Source of the DNA: Coprobacillaceae bacterium
GTDB lineage: Bacteria; Bacillota_I; Bacilli_A; Erysipelotrichales; Coprobacillaceae
Direction: 5' to 3'
DNA: 32,000 bases
NCBI GenBank assembly: GCA_963675515.1
Contig: OY776328.1
Span: forward strand, 2,670,001 to 2,702,000
This document shows positions 16,437 to 24,618 of this stretch, one piece after another; positions within the stretch are counted from its first letter, which is position 1; every line of letters begins with the position of its first letter. A program made the position numbers and the translations under genes. Under the pieces are notes generated by a model. It searched no databases, had not been told where the DNA came from, and worked only from the letters and a program-made list of their open reading frames with translations.

Positions 16437-16543
16437 AAGCTCACTCCTTTAATGTATAAAGACTGTATTAATTATATTCTATACAAAAAAGCCGGAAAAA
16501 TATACAATAAACTTGAAATAAATCAAATTTATCATCTTTCCGG

Positions 16544-17464
16544 CTAAAACAGTGTATCCACAATATTGCTTTTTTGAATGACCTTCCTGATCTGGCTATC
16601 CTTTTCGACACGGCCGACAAGCAGAGGTGCATCAGGATCATGGAGCGTGCTGTTTCTTTTCACCTGAGCAATTGACGCATTCGCATAACAATACAAACAG
16701 CCATGTATGCAGGTGTTGTAGGCTCCGATATCCCCGCCGATCAGGCAATCACAGCCAGGACGGGCAGCAGCCTTCCTGGCAAATTCAAACCTGACCCCCA
16801 GCGCCTTTTCCAGTACGTCCTGATTCATGCAGCCCGAAACCTTGACTCCATAGCCAGCCAGGTGGTCACCTTCGTGGCACGTCTGGATTTCCATGTTGAA
16901 TTCCCGGGCGATCGCCACCAGATTGCCTGCAAGGTATTGTTGTGTCTCCAGGGATATTTCCTGGACGCCAGGGAAATTGCGCTTCGTCTTGTCGTAGAGG
17001 TCGACAAAACTGATGACACAGGTCGATGTGTAACCCGACAGCTGCTGGGCCATCAGGCGGAAAGCGACCAGATGCTTTTCCACCGGCCAATTCTCATTAA
17101 TGATTATCGGATCATAGCGCCATACGACCCGATCCTTGCCGACCTTGTTCGAGAGTTCCTGGAAACTCCTGATGACTTCCTTCACCTTTGGAACATTAGG
17201 CTCGATATCCCGGGAGTACGGGGTGATGGTCACAAACCAGAACTGCCTGAATTGTGAGATTTCGTCCAGTCTTTCAAGCATCGGTTTGGGGTTCTTGGTG
17301 CAAAAACAAATGCAGTCAACCACTTTGGGGTCCAGCTTGTATTCATATATCATTTTTTCGTTGTATGGGTTCTTGACCAGGACATAACCTTCCCTGATCC
17401 GGTTGTAAAACCATTCGCTGTAAAAGGCGGGGATGTCAGTCCTTTGTCCGGTGTTTATTATCAT
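16544..17464 (-). CDS. DUF1848 family protein
   Basis: MIINTGQRTDIPAFYSEWFYNRIREGYVLVKNPYN...VDCICFCTKNP...C-terminal GAYNTCIHGCLYCYAN matches my recollection of DUF1848. Start at the ATG at 17464 with an AAGGAG ribosome-binding site. Confidence 0.75.
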   Translation of the reverse strand: MIINTGQRTDIPAFYSEWFYNRIREGYVLVKNPYNEKMIYEYKLDPKVVDCICFCTKNPKPMLERLDEISQFRQFWFVTITPYSRDIEPNVPKVKEVIRSFQELSNKVGKDRVVWRYDPIIINENWPVEKHLVAFRLMAQQLSGYTSTCVISFVDLYDKTKRNFPGVQEISLETQQYLAGNLVAIAREFNMEIQTCHEGDHLAGYGVKVSGCMNQDVLEKALGVRFEFARKAAARPGCDCLIGGDIGAYNTCIHGCLYCYANASIAQVKRNSTLHDPDAPLLVGRVEKDSQIRKVIQKSNIVDTLF

Positions 17465-17514
17465 GGCTGTAATCTCCTTGGTAAGTTTAGCATATTGTAA
17501 CACCTTTGCGACCG

Positions 17515-17551
17515 AACAAAAAGCCGGAGCTGCTCAGGCTTCCGGTTTTTT
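17515..17551. terminator. Hairpin terminator overlapping the stop codon of the GyrI-like gene
   Basis: CCGGAGC-7 nt-GCTTCCGG stem flanked by an A-run (17516-17522) and a T-run (17546-17551). The TGA stop (17534-17536) lies in the loop. Confidence 0.55.
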
Positions 17552-18013
17552 GGCTGCGATGACCATTTCAATTTTAGTCAGCAGCAGTTCTTGGGGGTAT
17601 TTTGGTGTATTGTAAAAATATTCATAAGCCGGCAGCACTATCTCGTAGCCGTTGTCTTTCACCCAATCCTCGAGTTTCGAGTAAGTCTGGGCCATGCCAT
17701 CATAAGGACCCTGATGGAAGGCGTTGACCCGCAATCCCTCCGGTATGACGAAAAGTTCGATCTGTCCCTTGGGCTCCAGCGCCTTTTTAACGGGAAACCC
17801 CACAACGGCATCGATCTGGCTGTCGTCATAGGAATAGAATCCCACAAATGTGACGCCCGAAGGAATCTCACCGATTTCCTTGAGGTATGCGCGGATTGCC
17901 TTGCGGCTTTGTTGCAGGATTCCTGAAAAATCCTGCGGCCTTGTCTTGACCCTGATGACCAGCGCATGCTGTTCTATAGAGTCCAATTTCATTATGTCGG
18001 TTATTTGAGCCAT
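17534..18013 (-). CDS. GyrI-like small-molecule-binding domain protein
   Basis: 159 aa. The pattern V.F.G.YS.DD...D...GFPV......G.I....IP.G...N..H.GPY......Y..L..W...NGY......YE.Y is typical of the GyrI-like/AraC-effector-binding fold. AGGTGA ribosome-binding site directly after the upstream stop. Confidence 0.7.
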   Translation of the reverse strand: MAQITDIMKLDSIEQHALVIRVKTRPQDFSGILQQSRKAIRAYLKEIGEIPSGVTFVGFYSYDDSQIDAVVGFPVKKALEPKGQIELFVIPEGLRVNAFHQGPYDGMAQTYSKLEDWVKDNGYEIVLPAYEYFYNTPKYPQELLLTKIEMVIAAKKPEA

Positions 18014-18022
18014 ATTTATCAC

Positions 18023-19024
18023 CTAAATTTTCTTTTCCTGTTTGAGCCATTCGACTTCATCGATAATCGTTTCCCGGAGCGGACGCGGATTGAAATCAAG
18101 TATTTCCCTGGCTTTGGATGTGTCGAAGCTGTTGTTGCGGACCAGGTTGTAGATCATGAAACTTGTCAGCTGCGGAGGTTTACCGGTAAAGGCGCTTATA
18201 GCTTTCATAAATGCCGCCACGACCAACGCCACCTTGGGACTCAGGTAATATCTGACCTGAGGGGCGTTTGCCACCCTGGCAATTTCTCCATAGAATTCCC
18301 GCATTGGTATCAATTCATTAGCCAGGATGTAACCTTCGCCTTTTCCCCCCTGATGGGTGCACTTGATAATGGCCTGAGCGAGGTCGCGCACATCGACCGC
18401 ATTGAAAGTCCCATCAACCGCAAATTGCACTTGACCTTTGGCCGCGGCTATGATTGTCTGGGTAGTCAAAGAATATCCGTAATCATATGGGCCGATGATT
18501 CCCGATGGGAAGATCAGGCATCCGTCAAGACCTTGGTTGTTGATGGCATCCATGACCGCCTGGCTGGCCATCGCCTTAGTTTTGGAGTAGTAGCCCCTGA
18601 CCTTGTCCGGGTCGAAATGGCTGACCTCTGTTATTTTAATGCCCTGAGGCAATTCCGGGATCGCTCCGATCGATGAGATATAGACGAACTTTTTCACCTG
18701 AGCCTTGAGGCTTTGCTCGATCATGTTCCTGGTTCCGATGACATTGACATCATAAACCAATTGGTTGAAATCAGGATCGATCGTCACCACGCTGGCACAG
18801 TGGATCACATACAATTCATCACCTTGTTCATGGGTGAAAAAACCCTCCAGGGACTTGACATCCTGCAAGTCACCGATCACGGGTTCAACTCCCGGATCCA
18901 ATTTCGTAATCGAAGCTTGGCGCACGAGCGCCTTGACTTTCCTGTTGTTTTCAACCAACATCTTCACAATATTGCTGCCAAGATTACCAGTAGCCCCTGT
19001 TACCAGATATACCTCACTCATTGT
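18023..19024 (-). CDS. NAD(P)-dependent epimerase/dehydratase-family SDR (dihydroflavonol-reductase-like)
   Basis: VYLVTGATGNLGSNIVKMLV is a Rossmann GxxGxxG motif; YSKTKAMAS is the YxxxK catalytic motif. Start placed at MTMSEV. Confidence 0.85.
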   Translation of the reverse strand, partial: TMSEVYLVTGATGNLGSNIVKMLVENNRKVKALVRQASITKLDPGVEPVIGDLQDVKSLEGFFTHEQGDELYVIHCASVVTIDPDFNQLVYDVNVIGTRNMIEQSLKAQVKKFVYISSIGAIPELPQGIKITEVSHFDPDKVRGYYSKTKAMASQAVMDAINNQGLDGCLIFPSGIIGPYDYGYSLTTQTIIAAAKGQVQFAVDGTFNAVDVRDLAQAIIKCTHQGGKGEGYILANELIPMREFYGEIARVANAPQVRYYLSPKVALVVAAFMKAISAFTGKPPQLTSFMIYNLVRNNSFDTSKAREILDFNPRPLRETIIDEVEWLKQEKKI

Positions 19025-19144
19025 CATCACCTTCGTTTTTCGGCTATATGATTGAAAAAAATGCAATATCCATTGATTTGACCAATGTTTTTCCAACTAC
19101 ATTCTAGCACATGATTGTGGCGAATTCAATGATCCATGATTATT

Positions 19145-19176
19145 GAAAAAAATAGCCATCTCGATCAAGAGACGGC
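19145..19176 (-). terminator. Intrinsic terminator after the HD-domain gene
   Basis: Minus strand: GCCGTCTC-6 nt-GAGATGGC hairpin followed by TATTTTTTT. Confidence 0.55.
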
Positions 19177-19190
19177 CAAAAATCACAGCT

Positions 19191-19676
19191 CTATAGATAG
19201 ATGGAGTCCAGGAGCTCCAACCCCGTTTCTGTCTTGAACACCTTTTCCCGGGTGCTTGCAATCTGGGCTTCACTCATTCCTCCCTCATCGAAGTTGACCA
19301 GAAAATCGGCCTCGAGAAGGATCTGGTAGTCAAGACCGTCCACCTCATTGAAGGTGTGATGATGTCCAACCAGAAAGCTAACCCGCTTGCATACCTGCTT
19401 GTCGCAGCCAAGTTCCTCCAGAAAATCGTAGGCCAGTTTCTCCCCTTCGATTTCCTGATACCTGCCATTGGTGTTGCCGTATTTTACCCGGCACAGGGGA
19501 CAGGCGATATCGTGGACGATGGCCGCCAGTTCCAGATTAAGCTGCATATCTTCGCTTAGCCCCTCGACTTGTCCAATCAGTTTGGCAAAGCTGTGGACTT
19601 TGAGAAAATGGCCGATGTCATGGGTGTTTCCCTTTGAATATTCAATCATCTTGATGATCGCTTGATTTATTTCCAT
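19191..19676 (-). CDS. HD-domain phosphohydrolase-family protein
   Basis: 161 aa with H..KV...A, AAIVHDIA (the HD dyad) and VGHHHTF. Confidence 0.8.
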   Translation of the reverse strand: MEINQAIIKMIEYSKGNTHDIGHFLKVHSFAKLIGQVEGLSEDMQLNLELAAIVHDIACPLCRVKYGNTNGRYQEIEGEKLAYDFLEELGCDKQVCKRVSFLVGHHHTFNEVDGLDYQILLEADFLVNFDEGGMSEAQIASTREKVFKTETGLELLDSIYL

Positions 19677-20015
19677 CTGTTCGCTCCTTCTACATTGATA
19701 ATATTATAGCGCAATTTCAAAGAAATACCAAACAACGACGACAATCGATTTCCAGCCCCGTTCCACCAAATGTCATATAAAGGATGAAAACGATTCAATT
19801 TGGATATCCCCTTTTCTTAGTTTACGGTATAATTATGTTAGTTTATAAACTGGTCGAGAACACTCGCGGCTTTAGTCATGTAGATGAATCGACCAGGCAT
19901 GCATCTTTTCGTCTGTGCTGGAAAATGTACATATATTATCAAATATTTCTCACTAAAAGTGCTTTAAAGCTGTATTTTTTAGCAATCGTATGTTACAAAG
20001 TATATGAGGTGATAA

Positions 20016-20444
20016 ATGATGGCTGATATTAATTACGGACGTGGTTATGTCTATTCAATTCAATACCATCTAGTCTGGTGTGTGAAATACCGTCAGGATA
20101 TTTTGACTGGTCAAGTTGACGATGATGTTAAGAAATTGTTGACTAATATTGCAGCTGATAATGACATAAATATCATTGAAATGGAATCGGATAAGGACCA
20201 TATCCACTTGCTTATCGATTGCAAGCCCCAACACCATATTCCCAGTATGGTAAAAGCATTCAAAGGGTTATCTGCAAGATTCTTGTTTAAGCAACATCCT
20301 GAGCTTAAAAGTCGTCTATGGAAAGGTCATTTGTGGAATCCTAGTTACTTTGTTGCTACTGTTAGCGATAATACTCAACAGCAAATAAGAGATTATATAA
20401 AAAGTCAGAAAAAGAAATCCGGTGATGATGATGTTGCACCATAA
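20016..20444 (+). CDS. tnpA: IS200/IS605 Y1 (HUH) transposase
   Basis: 142 aa. YHLVWCVKYR, the HUH motif DHIHLLI, and the C-terminal catalytic-Tyr context QQQIRDYIKSQ. Confidence 0.92.
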   Translation: MMADINYGRGYVYSIQYHLVWCVKYRQDILTGQVDDDVKKLLTNIAADNDINIIEMESDKDHIHLLIDCKPQHHIPSMVKAFKGLSARFLFKQHPELKSRLWKGHLWNPSYFVATVSDNTQQQIRDYIKSQKKKSGDDDVAP

Positions 20445-21570
20445 GGCATACAAGTTCAGGATCTACCCTGATAGTGAACAGGAGATACTGATCTGTAAAA
20501 CGATCGGATGTGCCCGATTTGTCTACAATCACTTTTTGAATTTGTGGAATGAGGAGTATGCTGGTACTGGAAAGGGTCTGTCTTACAATTCCTGCTCCGC
20601 CATGCTTCCTCAGATGAAACGGGATGAAAATACACAGTGGCTCAAGGAAGTAGACAGCATTGCCCTTCAATCATCGGTGAAGAATCTCTCCGATTCATTC
20701 GCAAGGTTCTTCACTAAGCAAAACAGCCACCCGCGATACAAGAGCAAGAAGAATCCGGTTCAAAGCTACACCACCAAGAATGTTAACAACAGTATTGCCG
20801 TAATCGGCAAATCAATCAAGATGCCCAAGCTAGGTATGGTCAAGTTCGCCAAGAGCCGGGAGATCAAAGGAAGAATAATTAAAGCGACTATCCGGAAAAA
20901 TCCCAGTGGCAAATACTTTGTTGCCATTGTTGTTGAAGAAAAGATTGATCAATTGCCTAAAACGAATTCGACAATTGGTATTGATCTTGGTATCCGTGAC
21001 TTTGCGATATTTTCAAACGGCAGAAAAGTCGCAAACCATAAATTCACCATTCAGATGGAAAAGAAACTTATCCGGGAGCAAAAAAAGCTGTCAAGAAGGG
21101 CGCTCCTTGCCAAAAGCAAAGGAATCAATCTTCTTAAAGCAAAGAACTATCAGAAACAAAGACGCAAAGTGGCATTGCTTCATGAAAAGGTAATGAACCA
21201 ACGCAATGACTTTTTGAACAAGTTGACAACCCAGATCATCAAAAACCACGATGTCATCTGCATAGAAGACTTGAACACATTAGGAATGTTGCGTAATCAT
21301 AGACTGGCTAGAAGCATATCCGATGTATCTTGGTCATCATTTGTGGACAAGCTCATCTACAAGGCTGAATGGTATGGTAAAGAAATCATCAAGGTGGACC
21401 GCTGGTATGAGTCCAGTCAAATATGCCATCAATGTGGCCACAAGGATGGCAAGAAGCCACTCCACATCAGGGAATGGACTTGTCCTAATTGTGGCAATAC
21501 CAATGATAGGGATATCAATGCGAGCAAGAACATCCTTAAAGAAGGGTTACGCATAATAGCATCAACATAA
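20422..21570 (+). CDS. tnpB: TnpB (OrfB_IS605) RNA-guided RuvC nuclease
   Basis: 382 aa. N-terminus HKAYKFRIYPDSEQE; RuvC contexts IGIDLGI, VICIEDLN and [11 protein letters not shown]; zinc finger CHQCG...CPNCG. Overlaps the tnpA stop. Confidence 0.92.
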   Translation: MMMMLHHKAYKFRIYPDSEQEILICKTIGCARFVYNHFLNLWNEEYAGTGKGLSYNSCSAMLPQMKRDENTQWLKEVDSIALQSSVKNLSDSFARFFTKQNSHPRYKSKKNPVQSYTTKNVNNSIAVIGKSIKMPKLGMVKFAKSREIKGRIIKATIRKNPSGKYFVAIVVEEKIDQLPKTNSTIGIDLGIRDFAIFSNGRKVANHKFTIQMEKKLIREQKKLSRRALLAKSKGINLLKAKNYQKQRRKVALLHEKVMNQRNDFLNKLTTQIIKNHDVICIEDLNTLGMLRNHRLARSISDVSWSSFVDKLIYKAEWYGKEIIKVDRWYESSQICHQCGHKDGKKPLHIREWTCPNCGNTNDRDINASKNILKEGLRIIAST

Positions 21571-21717
21571 ACAACTACTTAACCGTAGGGACTACGGGGA
21601 TAGCTTGGTAAATAAGAGAAACCGCTGATTATGGTGCATCCACCATAATCAAGTAAGCTTTGTTCCCAAGAATCTCGTGACGTCAGTCGTGAGAGGTTCA
21701 AGTGAGGAGGAAGCATT
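21520..21717 (+). ncRNA. Candidate omega (re)RNA: tnpB 3' end, 131-nt right end and about 16-nt flank-derived guide (5' end not determined)
   Basis: Perfect 10-bp stem with 4-nt loop GATTATGGTG-CATC-CACCATAATC (21627-21650). CCGTAG-GGA-CTACGG stem (21583-21597). A further imperfect hairpin CTCGTGAC..GTCGTGAG lies near the terminus. The guide would be GTGAGGAGGAAGCATT (21702-21717). Confidence 0.45.
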
Positions 21718-21720
21718 TCA

Positions 21721-23027
21721 ATGAAGAAATCAAGATTGATTTATCGAGTTTTTTGGCTCTGGGTCTGGTTGCCTGTGCTAGTGGCGACACCGGCAGCGAC
21801 ACCATCGACGGTACTTACAGCTACCAGGTGACCGGTTACGACTGGGGCGCTGGCGTAAACAAAGCGGTATTGTCTTTGGATCACAAGCTGACCCAGATTG
21901 ACGCCCAGGACTTGAAAGTTGTCGAAACTAAACAAGTGACCGACTGGTCGGATTCGACATACCCGGTCAATGTCGTTGATATCGATCGCACCATCACTGA
22001 TGTCTATCTGTGTGACGCGGACGGAAACAAGGTTGAAGGCGACAGCAAATTTGTGGCTGTGGAAATGTATGTCAGCCCAAGTGACGGTTCGCCATTGTTG
22101 TATTCGATGGCGACATCACGCAACACCTGGTCAAACCCATACACTTTGACTTTCACTCTGGCTGATGGTGCCACCGTCGATTCAATGGGCGAAACAGTAA
22201 CGACATTCACTGTCGACACTGAGGCGGCAGCCTACACAACTTCAGCAAGCATGTTCGAAGAAGGTTCTTACCAAACCGACTCAGGTGAGACTTATGGTTA
22301 TGTGACCTACGAACCGACCGAAAAATCAGACACCCTGTTTGTCTGGCTCCATGGTGGTGGTGAAGGTTACGTTGAAGGTTTTGATGTCTCTATCCCGGTT
22401 CTGGCAAACAAAGTGACTGCCCTGGCCGGAGAATAATTCCAGACCGCAATCGGCGGAGCGGCAATCCTGGCGCCACAATCTCCGACATTCTGGATGGACA
22501 GTGGTGACGGTACTTGGACAGGCGACAACGTGACCAAGTATACTGAAAGCCTGATGCAGCTGATCGACCATTACAAAACCGAATATGGAGCTACCAAAGT
22601 GGTTGTTGCCGGATGTTCTAATGGCGGATTCATGACATTGGATCTGATGATGAACTACCCAGAATACTTCACTGCGAGACTACCAATCTGCGAAGGTAAA
22701 CTTGACGAAAACGTGACCGACGAACAGATTGCTGCCTTAAAAGACCAAGCGATGTTCTTCATCTATGCCAAAAACGATACAACACTTGACCCTTCAATCT
22801 ATAGCGAACCAACTATCGCCCGCTTGAAAGAAGCAGGAGCAACCAACCTGATGGTGGCATCACCTGACACAGTTGTTGACACATCCGGTATATACATAGA
22901 TGCTCATGGAAACCCTTATTCATATTCAGGTCACTGGTCTTGGATCTACTTCGACAACAACGAAGCTCTCGATGACACAACCCAACAAGACTCATGGTCT
23001 TGGATCGCTGAACAATTGAACAAATAA
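21721..23027 (+). pseudogene. Decayed lipoprotein alpha/beta-hydrolase (esterase): 1-nt frameshift in the signal peptide plus an in-frame TAA
   Basis: ATG at 21721 (GAGGAGG ribosome-binding site) encodes MKKSRLI in one frame. The lipobox LSSFLALGLVAC continues in the -1 frame, which is consistent with loss of one T at 21740-21742. TAA at 22434-22436 separates ...KVTALAGE from FQTAIGG... in the same frame. The downstream part carries the GCSNGG nucleophile elbow. Confidence 0.7.
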
Positions 23028-23088
23028 TCAATCATTAAAATCCTGATCCTTTATCTTTCATTCCATATCAATAATCCATATTAACATT

Positions 23089-23117
23089 AAAAAAGATGGC
23101 TTCCGCCATCTTTTTTT
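23089..23117. terminator. Bidirectional intrinsic terminator
   Basis: AAAAAAGATGGC-TTCC-GCCATCTTTTTTT between convergent genes. Confidence 0.75.
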
Positions 23118-23125
23118 GTATGCCA

Positions 23126-23656
23126 TTATAACGACTTTGCCTTTTCGTACATGCGTTCGACTTCTCCTTTGGGTATGACCCGCCCGAGCAAGAAGGCGAT
23201 GATGATTATCCCCGGGATGTCGACAAGCAAGCGGACCAGGGCGAACTTGGGTCCCAGCGACGACATTTCGAAAAGCAAGAGCGGAATCTTGGTAGTCGAC
23301 CAGGCACCCACAAAGATCAGGATATTCGAAAATTTGACGCCCTTTTTCATGAATACCGCCGCCACCGGAAACGCGCCGTACAGCGGCCCCGCCGCCACCG
23401 ATCCGACTACAAAAGCCAGGATTATTCCCTTCATTCCCGAGTCCGGCCCCATATATCTGACCATCGTCTCTTTGGATACCCAGACATCGAGCAGGCCAAG
23501 AAGGACGAATACCGGGGGAATTATCATGATCATTTCCTTCAGGGAATAGACAGTCACGTCGAATGCTCTCATGCCCAGTTTTCCATTGATAAGATAAAGC
23601 CCCAGCATGGCTGTCAGCGCGCCCAGGACAAAACGGTATCTCTTAAAAACACTCAT
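23126..23656 (-). CDS. Permease, C-terminal-half homologue of the UPF0718/ArsP-like permease family (split-gene subunit)
   Basis: 176 aa, 5-6 TM helices. The pattern resembles the C-terminal half of the 334-aa permease at 27245-28249. Confidence 0.7.
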   Translation of the reverse strand: MSVFKRYRFVLGALTAMLGLYLINGKLGMRAFDVTVYSLKEMIMIIPPVFVLLGLLDVWVSKETMVRYMGPDSGMKGIILAFVVGSVAAGPLYGAFPVAAVFMKKGVKFSNILIFVGAWSTTKIPLLLFEMSSLGPKFALVRLLVDIPGIIIIAFLLGRVIPKGEVERMYEKAKSL

Positions 23657-23659
23657 AAT

Positions 23660-24133
23660 CTACACCACCATCCCTATAATCAGTGCCACTACAAAGGAGA
23701 ACAAAAACGCCAGCAGGTTGCGGGCCAAAGCCAGTTTCTTCCCGAAATACCTGATCTCGACGGGCAGGGTGATGACCCCGACCATCATCAAAGCCGAAAC
23801 AAAGGCGCCGATCTGCATGTAGCCTGCCCCATTTTCAAGAAGCATGGCAGCCATGGGAAAGGCGACAAATCCCGGAATGAGCGTAACCGCCCCGGCAAAG
23901 GAGGCCACAACCACCCCGAACCAGCCCGAGGAAGCCCCGATCGACGTTGATATCGCCTGACTGTCAAATAACGCCAGCAGGATCCCCACCATTAAAATAA
24001 CCCCCAGAAACTGGGGCAGGATATTCTCGAATGACCGCCAGGATTTCTTCAAAGCCATCCTTGTCTTGATTTTATCCTTCATTATGGAAAATCCCAGCAG
24101 GCAAATGGCCAATCCATACAAAAACATCGTCAT
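23660..24133 (-). CDS. Permease, N-terminal-half homologue of the UPF0718/ArsP-like permease family (split-gene subunit)
   Basis: 157 aa, 4-5 TM helices. It is 3 nt upstream of the partner gene. 157 + 176 aa is about the length of the fused paralogue (334 aa). Confidence 0.7.
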   Translation of the reverse strand: MTMFLYGLAICLLGFSIMKDKIKTRMALKKSWRSFENILPQFLGVILMVGILLALFDSQAISTSIGASSGWFGVVVASFAGAVTLIPGFVAFPMAAMLLENGAGYMQIGAFVSALMMVGVITLPVEIRYFGKKLALARNLLAFLFSFVVALIIGMVV

Positions 24134-24162
24134 AACTGATCCTCCTTAGTTGTTGATGCATA

Positions 24163-24192
24163 TATATTAACGACATATGTTCATAATGTCAA
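24163..24192 (-). promoter_or_regulatory. Candidate sigma-A promoter of the split-permease operon, with a palindromic operator in the spacer
   Basis: Minus strand: TTGACA (24192-24187), 18 nt, then TAATAT (24168-24163). The spacer contains AACATATGTCGTTAA. Confidence 0.45.
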
Positions 24193-24206
24193 CCTGTTTG
24201 CACTCA

Positions 24207-24231
24207 CAAAAAAACCACAGGCTGCCCTGTG
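24207..24231 (-). terminator. Intrinsic terminator after the ferritin-like gene
   Basis: Minus strand: CACAGG-GCAG-CCTGTG followed by GTTTTTTT, starting 3 nt after the stop. Confidence 0.65.
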
Positions 24232-24233
24232 AT

Positions 24234-24536
24234 TTATTTTGATTCTTCCATTTCTTCTTCGACTTCTTCAGCTCCCTCTTTATAGAAAACTTCCTCATCT
24301 GGAGCGAGTTCCTTCAAGAGTCGCAGGAATTCACCGGCATGGACCCTTTCCTCGTCGGCGATGTCCTCCAACACCGCTATCGCCAGCTTATTATCGGTCG
24401 ATTCGGCAAGCTGCATGTAAAGCTGGATTGCTTCATATTCGGCCGCCACCATATAGCGGATGGCCCTGATCAACTCGGCTTCGGTCAGTTTCCGTTTATG
24501 AGCCAGTCCTGAAAAAGGATTTGCAAATTCAGGCAT
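24234..24536 (-). CDS. Small ferritin-like / rubrerythrin-superfamily protein (EncFtn-like)
   Basis: 100 aa. LTEAELIRAIRYMVAAEYEAIQLYMQLAESTDN...VLEDIADEERVHAGEFLRLLKELAPDE shows the E...Y / EExxH pattern of encapsulated-ferritin-like proteins (from recollection). Acidic C-terminal tail. Confidence 0.6.
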   Translation of the reverse strand: MPEFANPFSGLAHKRKLTEAELIRAIRYMVAAEYEAIQLYMQLAESTDNKLAIAVLEDIADEERVHAGEFLRLLKELAPDEEVFYKEGAEEVEEEMEESK

Positions 24537-24618
24537 TTAAATCACCTCCATCAATATGCCTATATCACAAGAACATTTTATCATTTATCGGAAGCGCTAA
24601 CAAGCATTTCGGTTTAAT

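Larger units (their letters stand above)
19851..21701 (+). mobile_element. Intact IS200/IS605-family insertion sequence (tnpA + tnpB)
   Basis: The left end starts at TGGTCGAGAACACTCG, preceded by ..TATAAAC. The right end finishes ..GAGAGGTTCAA, a TCAA terminus as in IS608. Both ends are shared with the copy at 8427-9252 and the relic at 1308-1347. Left boundary is uncertain by a few nt. Confidence 0.85.

Noticed and set aside
16703-17257. 184-aa plus-strand ORF opposite the DUF1848 gene
   Set aside because: Antisense shadow with no start signals.
17966-18676. 236-aa plus-strand ORF opposite the SDR gene (also 18713-19055)
   Set aside because: Antisense shadow. The SDR has Rossmann and YxxxK motifs on the minus strand.
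19784-20026. 80-aa ORF spanning the IS605 left end (and the 83-aa ORF at 8438-8689 spanning the other copy's right end)
   Set aside because: They cross element boundaries and end hairpins that are conserved as DNA/RNA structure. They are not conserved as ORFs between the two copies.
22434-22436. TAA read-through or recoding in the esterase ORF
   Set aside because: TAA is used as an ordinary stop by several confident genes in the window (for example tnpA, tnpB, flavodoxin, GH1). The same gene also has a frameshift, which favours a pseudogene.
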